This document shows, one piece after another, positions 1 through 8,863 of a stretch of 64,000 nt of DNA. A model generated the notes under the pieces. It was given only the letters and a program-made list of their open reading frames with translations, was not told the DNA's origin and did not search any database. The position numbers and the translations under genes were made by a program. Where the stretch lies: contig CALKRF010000155.1 in NCBI GenBank assembly GCA_937990665.1, positions 19,295 to 83,294 of the forward strand, written 5' to 3'. This DNA is from an uncultured Atopobium sp. (GTDB lineage: Bacteria > Actinomycetota > Coriobacteriia > Coriobacteriales > Atopobiaceae). Numbering within the stretch: the stretch's first letter is position 1; the number at the start of each line of letters is the position of its first letter.

Positions 1-281
1 TTTACCTGCACAAATATGTCAGATAGCTGACGCAAATCTGACACAAAGTAATGTATCCACAGGCTGCAATGACGCAATGAAAAATAGGTAATTTAAATTT
101 TTATCTAATTTGATATATAAAAATTTTTAGAACGTCATAACTGCTACATTTTTCAGAGAGATTGTAATGAATGATTTTCTAAGTGATTTACCTGACGCAT
201 GAACGAGGGTTGACCCTCCCCAATTAGCTGGGCGGGACCAACCCCCGTTAGTCTCAATATAGCATATTTCCTGCTAGTTTG

Positions 282-312
282 ACAAAAATGCACCCTAGTC
301 AAGCCAGGGTGC
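282..312 (-). terminator. Rho-independent terminator downstream of rsgA
   Basis: GCACCCT (290-296) pairs with AGGGTGC (306-312), with a 9-nt loop. On the minus strand the hairpin is followed by ATTTTTG (A-run 284-289 on the + strand), about 25 nt past the rsgA stop. Confidence 0.6.
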
Positions 313-336
313 TTAGAGGATTTACGCTGTTAAAGC

Positions 337-1521
337 TTAAAGCACAACATCAGGGTCAAGCGATTGCTGACTTTCTCGCATTTCTTTTGCCAGAGATAAA
401 TACGCCTTTAACTGAGGTTCTGTAATCTTGCCCTCATGCAGGGCGTCTTGAACGCTACATCCTGGCTCGTGAGTATGGGTGCAATCCCTAAACTTACATG
501 TTTGCGCAGCTTCAGAGATGTGTGGGAATATCTTCTGTAATCCCCTCTCATGGCCCACAATAGGCAGACTTCTAAGTCCCGGCTCGTCCACAATAACACC
601 AGCGCCAGGAAGCGCTACCATACGGCGAGCAACCGTTGTATGACGACCAGCCTTATCAGACTCTCTAACTTCTCCCGTTTCAAGCGCTTCGTGTCCCAGA
701 AGCGCGTTAAGAAGCGTAGATTTACCTGCACCGGATTCGCCAAGCACAATGGCTATGGAGCCGTAAGGGACAAGGCGTCGAACAGCATCAATTCCCCATG
801 CAGCCCCAAGCTTTTGAGCAGTCTGCGCAAGATCTGCAAGCGCATCGGGTTTCTCGCCCTCAAGCTTTGAAGCTGTGGCAACAATCTTGACCGTAGAGCC
901 AAGAGCTGCGGTAATAGAAGAAATCTCTTGAGCCAAAAGCTCTGGTCCCGCTACATCTGACTTAGTAAGTACCACGGCACAGGTTGCTCCACAATCTTTA
1001 GAAATGACCGCTGAGCGCACAATACGATCAACCGAGATAGCCTCGCCATCCAGAGCCTGCACCACAAGCACAAGATCAACGTTTGCGGCCAAAGTCTGCT
1101 TTTGACCGCGAGCGCCACCTTTCCAGCGAGCAATATCGGTCTCTCGTGGCAGAATTGCCTCGATGATGCCCATATCGTGCGAGTCCGGAATGCGTGCGCA
1201 CACCCAGTCACCAACGGCCACCGTGGAGTTCTGGCCCTTGGTCACGCGCGCAGCAAACTCGGCGCGAAACACTCCCTGCTCCGACACAACCGCAGGAAAT
1301 CCCCTATCCAAGCGGACCACGCAAGCCATGGTCATCATCTGGCGAGAAACCCCTTGGGCTTCAAGCTCGGACACGATGCCTTCATAGGCCTTCATCTGGG
1401 CCGACGATGGAGTCAACTGCTCAAACGCTGGAACGTCCAGTAATGAAGAAAGAGCCGGCAGAGACCCTTGAGTCTTGCCGGCTCCTAGTTTTTTGAAACT
1501 TTTTGTACGCTTAGCGGACAA
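337..1521 (-). CDS. rsgA: Ribosome small-subunit-dependent GTPase A (circularly permuted GTPase)
   Basis: 394-aa ORF. Carries an LTKSD G4 box ahead of the P-loop GESGAGKSTLLNAL, and a C-terminal zinc knuckle CKFRDCTHTHEPGC. TTG start at 1521 follows AGAGGAG. Starts 15 nt after the ATPase stop. Confidence 0.9.
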   Translation of the reverse strand: MSAKRTKSFKKLGAGKTQGSLPALSSLLDVPAFEQLTPSSAQMKAYEGIVSELEAQGVSRQMMTMACVVRLDRGFPAVVSEQGVFRAEFAARVTKGQNSTVAVGDWVCARIPDSHDMGIIEAILPRETDIARWKGGARGQKQTLAANVDLVLVVQALDGEAISVDRIVRSAVISKDCGATCAVVLTKSDVAGPELLAQEISSITAALGSTVKIVATASKLEGEKPDALADLAQTAQKLGAAWGIDAVRRLVPYGSIAIVLGESGAGKSTLLNALLGHEALETGEVRESDKAGRHTTVARRMVALPGAGVIVDEPGLRSLPIVGHERGLQKIFPHISEAAQTCKFRDCTHTHEPGCSVQDALHEGKITEPQLKAYLSLAKEMRESQQSLDPDVVL

Positions 1522-1536
1522 GAGTACTCCTCTACC

Positions 1537-4221
1537 TTATGCCTTGTTCTTTTGAACAGAACGCATAACAGCCTTATAGAGCTCCATCAGAGGAATAATC
1601 GATGCAGCTAAAAGCATTGCCATGGCGTACTCTTCAAAGCCAATCTCAGCAAAGCCAAATGCCTGAGAAAGTGGTGTCTCAATTACCACAAAGGTGAGAA
1701 TCAAAGACATAACAAAAGAACCCCATAGCCAAATGTTTTGGCTGGTTAGCTTAAAGATAGAACCACGCAGAGAACGCATGTTAAAGGAGTGGAACATCTC
1801 AACCATAGAAAGCGTCAAGAATGCCATGGTCATACCCTCAACGCCAGCCTCTGGGTTAGTAATAACCTGTGAGATATCAAAGGTTCCATACTCAAAGTAG
1901 TGACCAATAAAATAGCTAGCAAGGGTGAGAAGAGCAATGATAGAGCCCTGGACAAGGCAGTCAAAGCCAACGCCGCCTGCAAAGATTCCGTCCTTAGGGT
2001 TGCGAGGCTTGCGCTTCATGATGCCTGGCTCAGCCTTCTCGGTAGCCATAGCAAGAGCTGGCAGAGAGTCGGTGATTAGGTTAATCCACAGAAGGTGGGT
2101 AGGCTGAAGGATAGTAAAGCCAACCAGGGACGCAATAAAGACGGAAATTACCTCAGCAAGGTTGGAGCTCAAGAGGAACTGGATGCACTTACGAATGTTG
2201 TCGTAGATGCGTCTTCCTTCTTCGCAGGCGCTAATGATGGTGGCAAAGTTATCGTCTGCCAGAACCATATCTGCAACGCCCTTGGTAACATCGGTACCAG
2301 TAATGCCCATACCAATACCAATATCAGCGCGCTTAATGGAAGGCGCATCGTTAACGCCGTCGCCCGTCATGGCTGTGACCATGCCCTTCTTGCGCCAGGT
2401 ATCAACAATGCGAACCTTGTGCTCAGGCTGAACGCGTGCATAAACGCCAATTGTCTCAATGCGCTGCTCAAACTCTTCATCAGAGATCTTATCAAGCTGT
2501 GCGCCGGTGATTGCCTGAGAGCGATCGGTAATAATGCCCAGCTCAATTGCAATAGCAACGGCTGTATCAATATGGTCACCTGTAATCATAACAGTACGCA
2601 TACCAGCGCTATGCGCCTCTGCAACAGCACCCTTAACCTCAGGACGAACTGGGTCAATCATGCCGGAAAGGCCAACAAAGATCATGTCGTGCTCAAGGTT
2701 AGCTGGGTCATAGCTCTCTGGAGCTTCTGTTCCCCAATCACGACGAGCAGATGCCATAACGCGAAGTGCCTGGTCAGCCATAGACTTGTTCTGCGCCAAA
2801 ATCTCAGAGCGAGCCTCATCGGTAAGGTCAATAATGCCATCGCTTGTCATAATCTTGGTGCAGCGAGCAAGCACCTCATCAGGTGCACCTTTGGTGTGCT
2901 GTACAACCTTGCCAGAGCGGGTACGCACCACAACAGACATCATCTTACGAGAAGAATCAAAGGGTGCCTCGCCAATACGAGGGCGAGAAGAAGCTAAATC
3001 ACTTGTGGTGTATCCAAGTTTTGCAGCGTCTGCAACAAGAGCAGCTTCGGTTGGCTCACCCTTTGCTACCTGTTCTGCGTCATCCCAGGTAGCGTCTGAG
3101 CACAGTGCCATGGTACGTACATGGGCATCAAGATTTTCTGTCTCATGACGAACAACGGTCATCTTGTTCTGAGTCAGAGTACCGGTCTTATCAGAGCAGA
3201 TAACCTGAGTACAACCAAGGGTCTCAACTGCAGTAAGACGGCGGACAATAGCGTGGCGCTCGCTCATTCTAGTAACACCCATAGAAAGAACGATGGTAAC
3301 AACAGCAACAAGACCCTCTGGAATTGCAGCTACTGCAAGAGAAACTGCAACCATAAACGTGCTTAGGACAAGGTCAAAGTTGCCAAGCATCTCGGCGCCG
3401 TGCTTGATAAAGCCTGTTGCAAAAACAAGCAGTGAGATGACAACAACAAGAATGGTAAGTGTATGTGAAAGCTTATCAAGCGCAATCTGAAGTGGAGTCT
3501 GCCCCTCTTCTGCCTGAGAAATTGCATCTGCAATCTTGCCCATCTCGGTGTCCATGCCTGTTGCAACAACAACTGCACGACCGCGTCCATAGACCACAAT
3601 AGATCCGGAGTAGCACATATTCTTTCGGTCACCCAAAGGAATGTCATCGGTGTCTTCAGCAAGGCTAAGGGTCTCAGTGTGTTTCTCGACAGGAACTGAT
3701 TCACCCGTGAGCGCAGACTCCTCTACCTTCATAGAAGCGCTCTCTAGAATGCGACAATCAGCTGGGACGGAGTCACCCGCCTCAAGCAGAATAATATCGC
3801 CCACCACAAGCTCGGTTGAGGCAACCGTCTCAAGACGACCGTCTCTGATAACCTTGCTCTGAGCTGCACTCATCTCTTGCAGAGCAGCAAGAGCTTCTTC
3901 GGCTTTGCCCTCCTGGACAACACCAAGAACGGAATTGATAACAACAACAAATAGAATAATTACAACGTCTGCAATTCCGCCTTCTCCGGTATAAATGCCC
4001 TCAGCAGCAGAAATAGCAGCAGCAACAAGAAGCATGATGACCATAGGGTCAGCCATCTGTGCAAAAAACCTCTTAATGATTGATTCTTTTGGTGCCTCTT
4101 TAAGCTTGTTGAGACCATGAGCCTCAAGACGTGAAGCTGCTTCTGCATCAGACAGACCAACTTCAGCATCAGTTTTTTGCGCACTGATTACATCAGCCGC
4201 ACTTGAAAGATACTCTTTCAA
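1537..4221 (-). CDS. P-type (type IIA-like) Ca2+-transporting ATPase
   Basis: 894-aa ORF with the motifs TGES, CSDKTGTLT (phospho-Asp), MITGDH, TGDGVNDAP and IPEGL in the TM4 region. TTG start follows CAGGAGGAACT. Confidence 0.88.
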   Translation of the reverse strand: MKEYLSSAADVISAQKTDAEVGLSDAEAASRLEAHGLNKLKEAPKESIIKRFFAQMADPMVIMLLVAAAISAAEGIYTGEGGIADVVIILFVVVINSVLGVVQEGKAEEALAALQEMSAAQSKVIRDGRLETVASTELVVGDIILLEAGDSVPADCRILESASMKVEESALTGESVPVEKHTETLSLAEDTDDIPLGDRKNMCYSGSIVVYGRGRAVVVATGMDTEMGKIADAISQAEEGQTPLQIALDKLSHTLTILVVVISLLVFATGFIKHGAEMLGNFDLVLSTFMVAVSLAVAAIPEGLVAVVTIVLSMGVTRMSERHAIVRRLTAVETLGCTQVICSDKTGTLTQNKMTVVRHETENLDAHVRTMALCSDATWDDAEQVAKGEPTEAALVADAAKLGYTTSDLASSRPRIGEAPFDSSRKMMSVVVRTRSGKVVQHTKGAPDEVLARCTKIMTSDGIIDLTDEARSEILAQNKSMADQALRVMASARRDWGTEAPESYDPANLEHDMIFVGLSGMIDPVRPEVKGAVAEAHSAGMRTVMITGDHIDTAVAIAIELGIITDRSQAITGAQLDKISDEEFEQRIETIGVYARVQPEHKVRIVDTWRKKGMVTAMTGDGVNDAPSIKRADIGIGMGITGTDVTKGVADMVLADDNFATIISACEEGRRIYDNIRKCIQFLLSSNLAEVISVFIASLVGFTILQPTHLLWINLITDSLPALAMATEKAEPGIMKRKPRNPKDGIFAGGVGFDCLVQGSIIALLTLASYFIGHYFEYGTFDISQVITNPEAGVEGMTMAFLTLSMVEMFHSFNMRSLRGSIFKLTSQNIWLWGSFVMSLILTFVVIETPLSQAFGFAEIGFEEYAMAMLLAASIIPLMELYKAVMRSVQKNKA

Positions 4222-4226
4222 AGTTC

Positions 4227-4311
4227 CTCCTGGGTTTCTACCTGACAGATTGATGCCCGATCATAATTCCCCAGGAGAGGGGCAAGGGCTCACCAAGGTT
4301 GCCGTGTCAGG
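4227..4311 (-). promoter_or_regulatory. Structured 5' leader of the Ca-ATPase gene with an SD-sequestering alternative pairing
   Basis: On the minus-strand RNA, CCUGACA (4305-4311) pairs with UGUCAGG (4241-4247). CUCCUGGG (4270-4277) pairs with CCCAGGAG (4227-4234), which overlaps the SD. The two helices are interleaved (a<b<a'<b'). Confidence 0.35.
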
Positions 4312-4354
4312 ACCTTACAACGTCCTATCATAGGACCTTACAATGCTCTATCAT
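4309..4354. repeat. Tandem 23-bp direct repeat in the ATPase/ldhA divergent region
   Basis: AGGACCTTACAACGTCCTATCAT (4309-4331) is followed directly by AGGACCTTACAATGCTCTATCAT (4332-4354). 20 of 23 positions are identical. Confidence 0.8.
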
Positions 4355-4497
4355 TTTACCGTATTCTTTCTTTTTTCAAACCTTATAAATATTTCTTAAA
4401 ACTCCTGTTATGTGCCAAATAATTGTTATCCAAGGGGTACAATAAGCGCAGAACATAACAACATAAGCCAAACATTAGTTTTGGCAAGGAGGCAGTT

Positions 4498-5502
4498 ATG
4501 AAAATCCTGTTTTATGGTGCTCAAAGTTACGACAAAGATTCCTTTAACCTTGAGCTTCCAAAGTATCCAGACATCTCAATTGACTACATTGATTCCAATC
4601 TCACGCCTATGACTGCGGGCTATGCAAAGGGTTATGATGCTGTCTGTGCTTTTGTTAATGCAGATGCTTCAATTCTGACTCTTGAGATTCTTGCCGGCTT
4701 TGAGGTAAAGCTTTTGCTTATGCGCTGTGCTGGTTTTGACGCCGTCGACGTTAACGCTGCAAAAGACCTTGGTATTACGGTTACGCGCGTACCTGCCTAC
4801 TCTCCTGAGGCAATTGCAGAGCATGCTATGGGTCTTGCGCTTGCTGCTAACCGTCGTATTCACCGTGGCTACATCAGAATTCGCGAGAATAACTTCTCAC
4901 TTGCTGGCCTTGTTGGCGATACTCTTCACGGAAAAACTGCAGGCATTGTAGGCACTGGTCGCATTGGCGCTGCACTCTGCCGCATTTGTAAAGGCTTTGG
5001 TATGCACGTTCTTGGTGCAGATCTCTATCCAAACATGAGCCTTGTCAATGACGAGCACGTTGTTGATGAGTATGTCAGCTACGATGAGCTTTGGGAGCGT
5101 TCAGACTTCATTTCACTTCATGCTTTCTTGAATGATGAGAGCTATCACATGGTTAACGATAAAACCATCGGAAAGATGAAAGATGGTGTTATCCTCGTTA
5201 ATACTGGTCGTGGTGGACTCATTGATACCAAGGCACTTATTCGCGGCATCCTCTCTGGCAAGATTGGTGCTTGTGGCCTTGACGTTTATGAAGAGGAAAA
5301 TCCAAACGTCTATAAGGACCGCGGCGCTGAGGTCTTTGATTCAGTTACCTCTACGCTTTGCTCTTTCCCTAACGTTGTCATGACAAGTCACCAGGCATTC
5401 TTTACTCATGAGGCACTTTCTCAGATTGCTCAGGTTACGCTAGATAACGCAACTGCTTTTGCTGAGGGTACTGACTATGTTGATAAAAGTGTGGTTTGCT
5501 AA
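4498..5502 (+). CDS. ldhA: D-lactate dehydrogenase (D-isomer 2-hydroxyacid dehydrogenase)
   Basis: 334-aa ORF that reads collinear with E. coli-type LdhA: YDK...F near the N-terminus, RCAGFD.VD, VPAYSPEAIAEHA, NAD fold GIVGTGRIGAA, SHQAFFT. RBS AAGGAGG lies upstream. Confidence 0.85.
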   Translation: MKILFYGAQSYDKDSFNLELPKYPDISIDYIDSNLTPMTAGYAKGYDAVCAFVNADASILTLEILAGFEVKLLLMRCAGFDAVDVNAAKDLGITVTRVPAYSPEAIAEHAMGLALAANRRIHRGYIRIRENNFSLAGLVGDTLHGKTAGIVGTGRIGAALCRICKGFGMHVLGADLYPNMSLVNDEHVVDEYVSYDELWERSDFISLHAFLNDESYHMVNDKTIGKMKDGVILVNTGRGGLIDTKALIRGILSGKIGACGLDVYEEENPNVYKDRGAEVFDSVTSTLCSFPNVVMTSHQAFFTHEALSQIAQVTLDNATAFAEGTDYVDKSVVC

Positions 5503-5581
5503 GTACCAGGGAAACAAACGCTCTGAAAACGGTTACTATTGATAACTGAATGTGATTTCAATTCCTATGAAAAGGAGAGAT

Positions 5582-7024
5582 ATGGCTCGCAAAAAGACCA
5601 AGATTGTTTGTACTATGGGTCCTGCTACAGAAAGTGATGAGGTCCTTCGTGAGCTCATTCTTGCTGGTATGAACGTCGCACGTTTTAACTTCTCGCACGG
5701 TAGCCATGAGTATCACCGCACTATGATTGGTCGCGTTCGTTCTATCTCTGATGAGCTTGGTATTCCTATTGCTATCATGCTTGATACAAAGGGTCCTGAG
5801 GTTCGCACCGGTCTTCTCGAGGATGGCAAGAAGGTCACCCTTACTACTGGTGATTCCGTTATTGTCACCACTGATGATGACGTCATTGGCAATGCTCAGC
5901 GCTTCTCGCTTGACTACAAGAATCTTCCAAAAGAGGTCAAGAAGGGCTCCATCATCCTTATTGATGACGGTCTCATTGGCCTCGAGGTTGATCACGTTGA
6001 GGGCACTGACATGCACTGCAAGATTATCAACGGTGGTGAGCTTGGCGAGAAGAAGGGCGTAAACGTTCCTAACGTCAACATTGGCCTTCCTTCCGTCACT
6101 GAGCAGGACCGTGCAGACATCATGTTTGGTTGCGAGCTTGGTATTGACGCAATTGCTGCCTCCTTCATTCGCGATGGCGCTGCAGTTGAGGAGATTCGTA
6201 ACATCTGCCGCGAGATGGGTACTCCTAACGTACAGATCTTCCCTAAAATTGAGTCTGCTCTTGGCGTAAAGAACTTTGACGAGATTCTTGCAGCTTCTAA
6301 CGGCATCATGGTTGCCCGTGGTGACCTTGGCGTTGAGGTTCCTGCAGCTGAGGTTCCTCACATCCAGAAGACCGTTATCAAGAAGTGCAACGATGCTTAC
6401 AAGCCTGTTATTACCGCAACTCAGATGCTTGACTCTATGATTCGCAACCCTCGCCCAACCCGTGCAGAGGTTACGGACGTTGCTAACGCAATCTACGACG
6501 GCACTGACTGCGTCATGCTTTCTGGTGAGTCTGCAGCTGGTAAGTATCCTATTGAGGCAGTAAAGACTATGGCTTCCATCTGCAAGGAGACCGAGAAGTA
6601 CCTGCCAGTCAAAGATGTCTATCACCAGCGTGAGGGCCTTAAGAACGTCAACGGTGCTACTGGCTTTGCTGCAGTTGATATGGCAATCCGTGTTGACGCT
6701 AAGTGTATCATCTGCCCAACCCACTCTGGTCGTACCGCACGCCTTGTTTCTAACTTCCGTCCAAAGCGCCCTCTGTATGCAATGTCTCCATCTGATGAGG
6801 CAGTTCGTCGTACCTGCTTCTATTGGGGTGTCTATGCATTCAAGACCTCTGAGCAGGGCACGCTTTCTAACACCATGTACAACGCTTTGAACATTGCAAA
6901 GGAAGTTGGTGTCGTTGAGACCGGCGACATTGTTGTTCTGACTGCTGGCGATCCTCATACCAGCCCACGTCTTGGTGACTACACCACTTCAACTAATGTT
7001 GCTATGATTTGCCAGGTTCAGTAA
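5582..7024 (+). CDS. pyk: Pyruvate kinase
   Basis: KIVCTMGPA, NFSHG, MLDTKGPE, MVARGDLGVE, and no PEP-utiliser extension. The ORF track starts at 5552, but the ATG at 5582 follows AAAAGGAGAGA. Confidence 0.93.
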   Translation: MARKKTKIVCTMGPATESDEVLRELILAGMNVARFNFSHGSHEYHRTMIGRVRSISDELGIPIAIMLDTKGPEVRTGLLEDGKKVTLTTGDSVIVTTDDDVIGNAQRFSLDYKNLPKEVKKGSIILIDDGLIGLEVDHVEGTDMHCKIINGGELGEKKGVNVPNVNIGLPSVTEQDRADIMFGCELGIDAIAASFIRDGAAVEEIRNICREMGTPNVQIFPKIESALGVKNFDEILAASNGIMVARGDLGVEVPAAEVPHIQKTVIKKCNDAYKPVITATQMLDSMIRNPRPTRAEVTDVANAIYDGTDCVMLSGESAAGKYPIEAVKTMASICKETEKYLPVKDVYHQREGLKNVNGATGFAAVDMAIRVDAKCIICPTHSGRTARLVSNFRPKRPLYAMSPSDEAVRRTCFYWGVYAFKTSEQGTLSNTMYNALNIAKEVGVVETGDIVVLTAGDPHTSPRLGDYTTSTNVAMICQVQ

Positions 7025-7046
7025 ACCGCATTTCAGCTTTAACGTT

Positions 7047-7083
7047 ATATGCACCCAAGCGCTGCTTGGGTGCATATTTTTTT
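7047..7083 (+). terminator. Rho-independent terminator after pyk
   Basis: ATATGCACCCAAG (7047-7059) pairs with CTTGGGTGCATAT (7065-7077) and is followed by a T-run to 7083. Confidence 0.75.
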
Positions 7084-7115
7084 ACGTGTGATATTTCTCA
7101 GCAACTTGCCGGTAG

Positions 7116-8849
7116 TTACGCAATTTTCCATCCGACGGTTTTCTCGCGCATGTTAACAAAATCAGCGTAGATGCCGCCTTCTTTCATGAGAGATTCATGG
7201 GTTCCCCGCTGAACAATACGACCCTTATCCAGGACAAGTATCTGATTTGCATTTCGCACCGTTTTTAAACGATGGGCAATCATGATGACAGTTTTAGACT
7301 TTGTGAGCTCGGCGATTGCGCGCTGAAGTTCAAGCTCGTTTTCTGGATCAACATTGGCCGTAGCCTCATCAAGCACCACGATTGGCGCATCTTTTAAGAT
7401 AGCGCGCGCAATAGAAAGACGTTGGCGCTCGCCGCCAGAAAGCATTGAGCCACCTTCTCCTAAGCGTGTTTCATATCCGTCAGGTAACGCCTGGATAAAC
7501 TCTTCACAGCAGGCACGCTTAGCTGCGTCAACTACTTGCTCATGAGTTGCACTTGGATTACCAAACATGATGTTGTTCTCAATGGTGTCATCAAAAAGGA
7601 ATACTCCCTGAAATACGGTAGAGAAATTTTGGAGCAGGGCGTCAACTTTATAGTCGCGCACATCGCGTCCACCAAGGGTCACTTGACCCGCATTTACGTC
7701 CCAAAAACGCTCAATTAGACGGACAAGAGTTGTTTTGCCAGATCCACTTGGCCCCACGATGGCACAGGAGGTGCCTGCGGGAATAGAAAGGCTGACATCT
7801 TCAAGAATTTGCCTATCATCGTAGCCAAAGGAAACATGAGAAAGTTCAATGTCGCAAGATGCCGCCTTCTCAAGACCCTCTCCCTCCTCCATTGCGGGGG
7901 TGGCGAGAATAGCGCTTGTTTGTTCCATTGCAATTTCAAGATTGCGCAGAATAGTTGAGAAACGACCAGCAGATTCTAGACGACTAAACAACATAAATGA
8001 CATCACTACTACGGTTAAACAAGCAGCTGTATCAAGTATTCCAGAGAGCCATAGACCAACTGATACCAGGCACATGATAATGCTGGTGGCCTTGGAGATA
8101 ACCATTTGTAAAACTGAGAAACGAAGCGCCTTAAGCTCAAGATTAAGCGCTTGAACGCGACAATCGTCAACTGCTTTGGCATATTTTCCTTCAGCATCAT
8201 CAATAAGAGAAAACGCCCTTACTACACTAATGCCGCGGACATATTCAAGAACAGAGCTGATTAAGGTGGTATTAGCAGCTACATACTTATCTGATACATT
8301 GCGCACGTAGGCCTGGAGCAACTCCATAGTAATGCAGAAAAGAACAAATGTAGCCGCAGTTATAAGGCCTAGTTGCCAACAAAACACAAACAAGAACGCA
8401 ACAATAATTGCAGTTAAAGCTAATCCTCCAACAACCATCATATAAAGTAGGCCACCAAGATTTTGCATTACATCAAGCTGATTGGTCATAACAGCTGTTA
8501 CTTCACCCAGGCTATTCTCGTTAAAATAGCCCATAGGAAGGCGGCGCAGTGTATCTCCAATTTCCGCGCGCTTGGAACCAGCCATACTAAAATTAGCATC
8601 ACAGAAATTCTCACTCTTAAAGTGAGCGCAAATGAACGCTCCTATAATGCTCAGAAGCATAACTCCCAGCGCAGAAAATATTGTCTGAGTTGAGAGTGTA
8701 TCCGTAGTAAGAGCAGTAAAAACAATCCAAAGCGCCGTTATTTGTACTCCTTCAAAGAGGCAGCCAAGAATGGTAAAGAAAAGGCCCTTATAGAGTTTCT
8801 GGCGATAAGAACTTCCAAACTGAAAGTACATTTTTAAGACAGATAACAT
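7116..8849 (-). CDS. ABC exporter, fused permease/ATPase (second half of a heterodimeric pair)
   Basis: 577 aa with an N-terminal 6-TM domain. Walker A GPSGSGKTT, signature LSGGERQRLSIARA, Walker B IVVLDEATANVD, H-loop IAHRL. ATG follows AAGGAGGGGAG. Confidence 0.85.
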   Translation of the reverse strand: MLSVLKMYFQFGSSYRQKLYKGLFFTILGCLFEGVQITALWIVFTALTTDTLSTQTIFSALGVMLLSIIGAFICAHFKSENFCDANFSMAGSKRAEIGDTLRRLPMGYFNENSLGEVTAVMTNQLDVMQNLGGLLYMMVVGGLALTAIIVAFLFVFCWQLGLITAATFVLFCITMELLQAYVRNVSDKYVAANTTLISSVLEYVRGISVVRAFSLIDDAEGKYAKAVDDCRVQALNLELKALRFSVLQMVISKATSIIMCLVSVGLWLSGILDTAACLTVVVMSFMLFSRLESAGRFSTILRNLEIAMEQTSAILATPAMEEGEGLEKAASCDIELSHVSFGYDDRQILEDVSLSIPAGTSCAIVGPSGSGKTTLVRLIERFWDVNAGQVTLGGRDVRDYKVDALLQNFSTVFQGVFLFDDTIENNIMFGNPSATHEQVVDAAKRACCEEFIQALPDGYETRLGEGGSMLSGGERQRLSIARAILKDAPIVVLDEATANVDPENELELQRAIAELTKSKTVIMIAHRLKTVRNANQILVLDKGRIVQRGTHESLMKEGGIYADFVNMREKTVGWKIA

Positions 8850-8863
8850 TGCTACTCCCCTCC

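Noticed and set aside
1-281. An AT-rich non-coding stretch at the window edge. It contains a repeated TTTACCTG(A)C motif (1-12 and 188-200) and a small GAGGG-TTGA-CCCTC hairpin (204-217) that looked vaguely like a tRNA T-arm or an att site.
   Set aside because: The hairpin loop is 4 nt rather than the 7-nt T-loop, and no other tRNA arms can be drawn. The repeat is only 8-10 nt. The region is truncated by the window edge, so no element boundaries can be defined.
4222-4311. Whether the ATPase leader is a yybP-ykoY (Mn2+) or another known metal riboswitch.
   Set aside because: I could not find the conserved GGGGAGUAG-type cores of that class by eye. The region is kept as an unclassified structured leader in the findings rather than named.
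5558-6958. Very long antisense ORFs inside highly expressed genes. Examples: 466 aa opposite pyk; 2095-2997 opposite the ATPase; 24181-25074 opposite glgB; 29223-29903 and 30135-30752 opposite pheT; 36499-37038 opposite nagA; 44402-45043 opposite the aldolase; 60144-60782 opposite metG.
   Set aside because: I checked the coordinates modulo 3, and every one of these is in exact codon register with the sense gene. In that register an antisense stop can arise only from sense codons TTA, CTA or TCA. Their openness therefore only shows that these genes avoid those three codons (codon bias). The translations are low-complexity and lack any recognisable motif.
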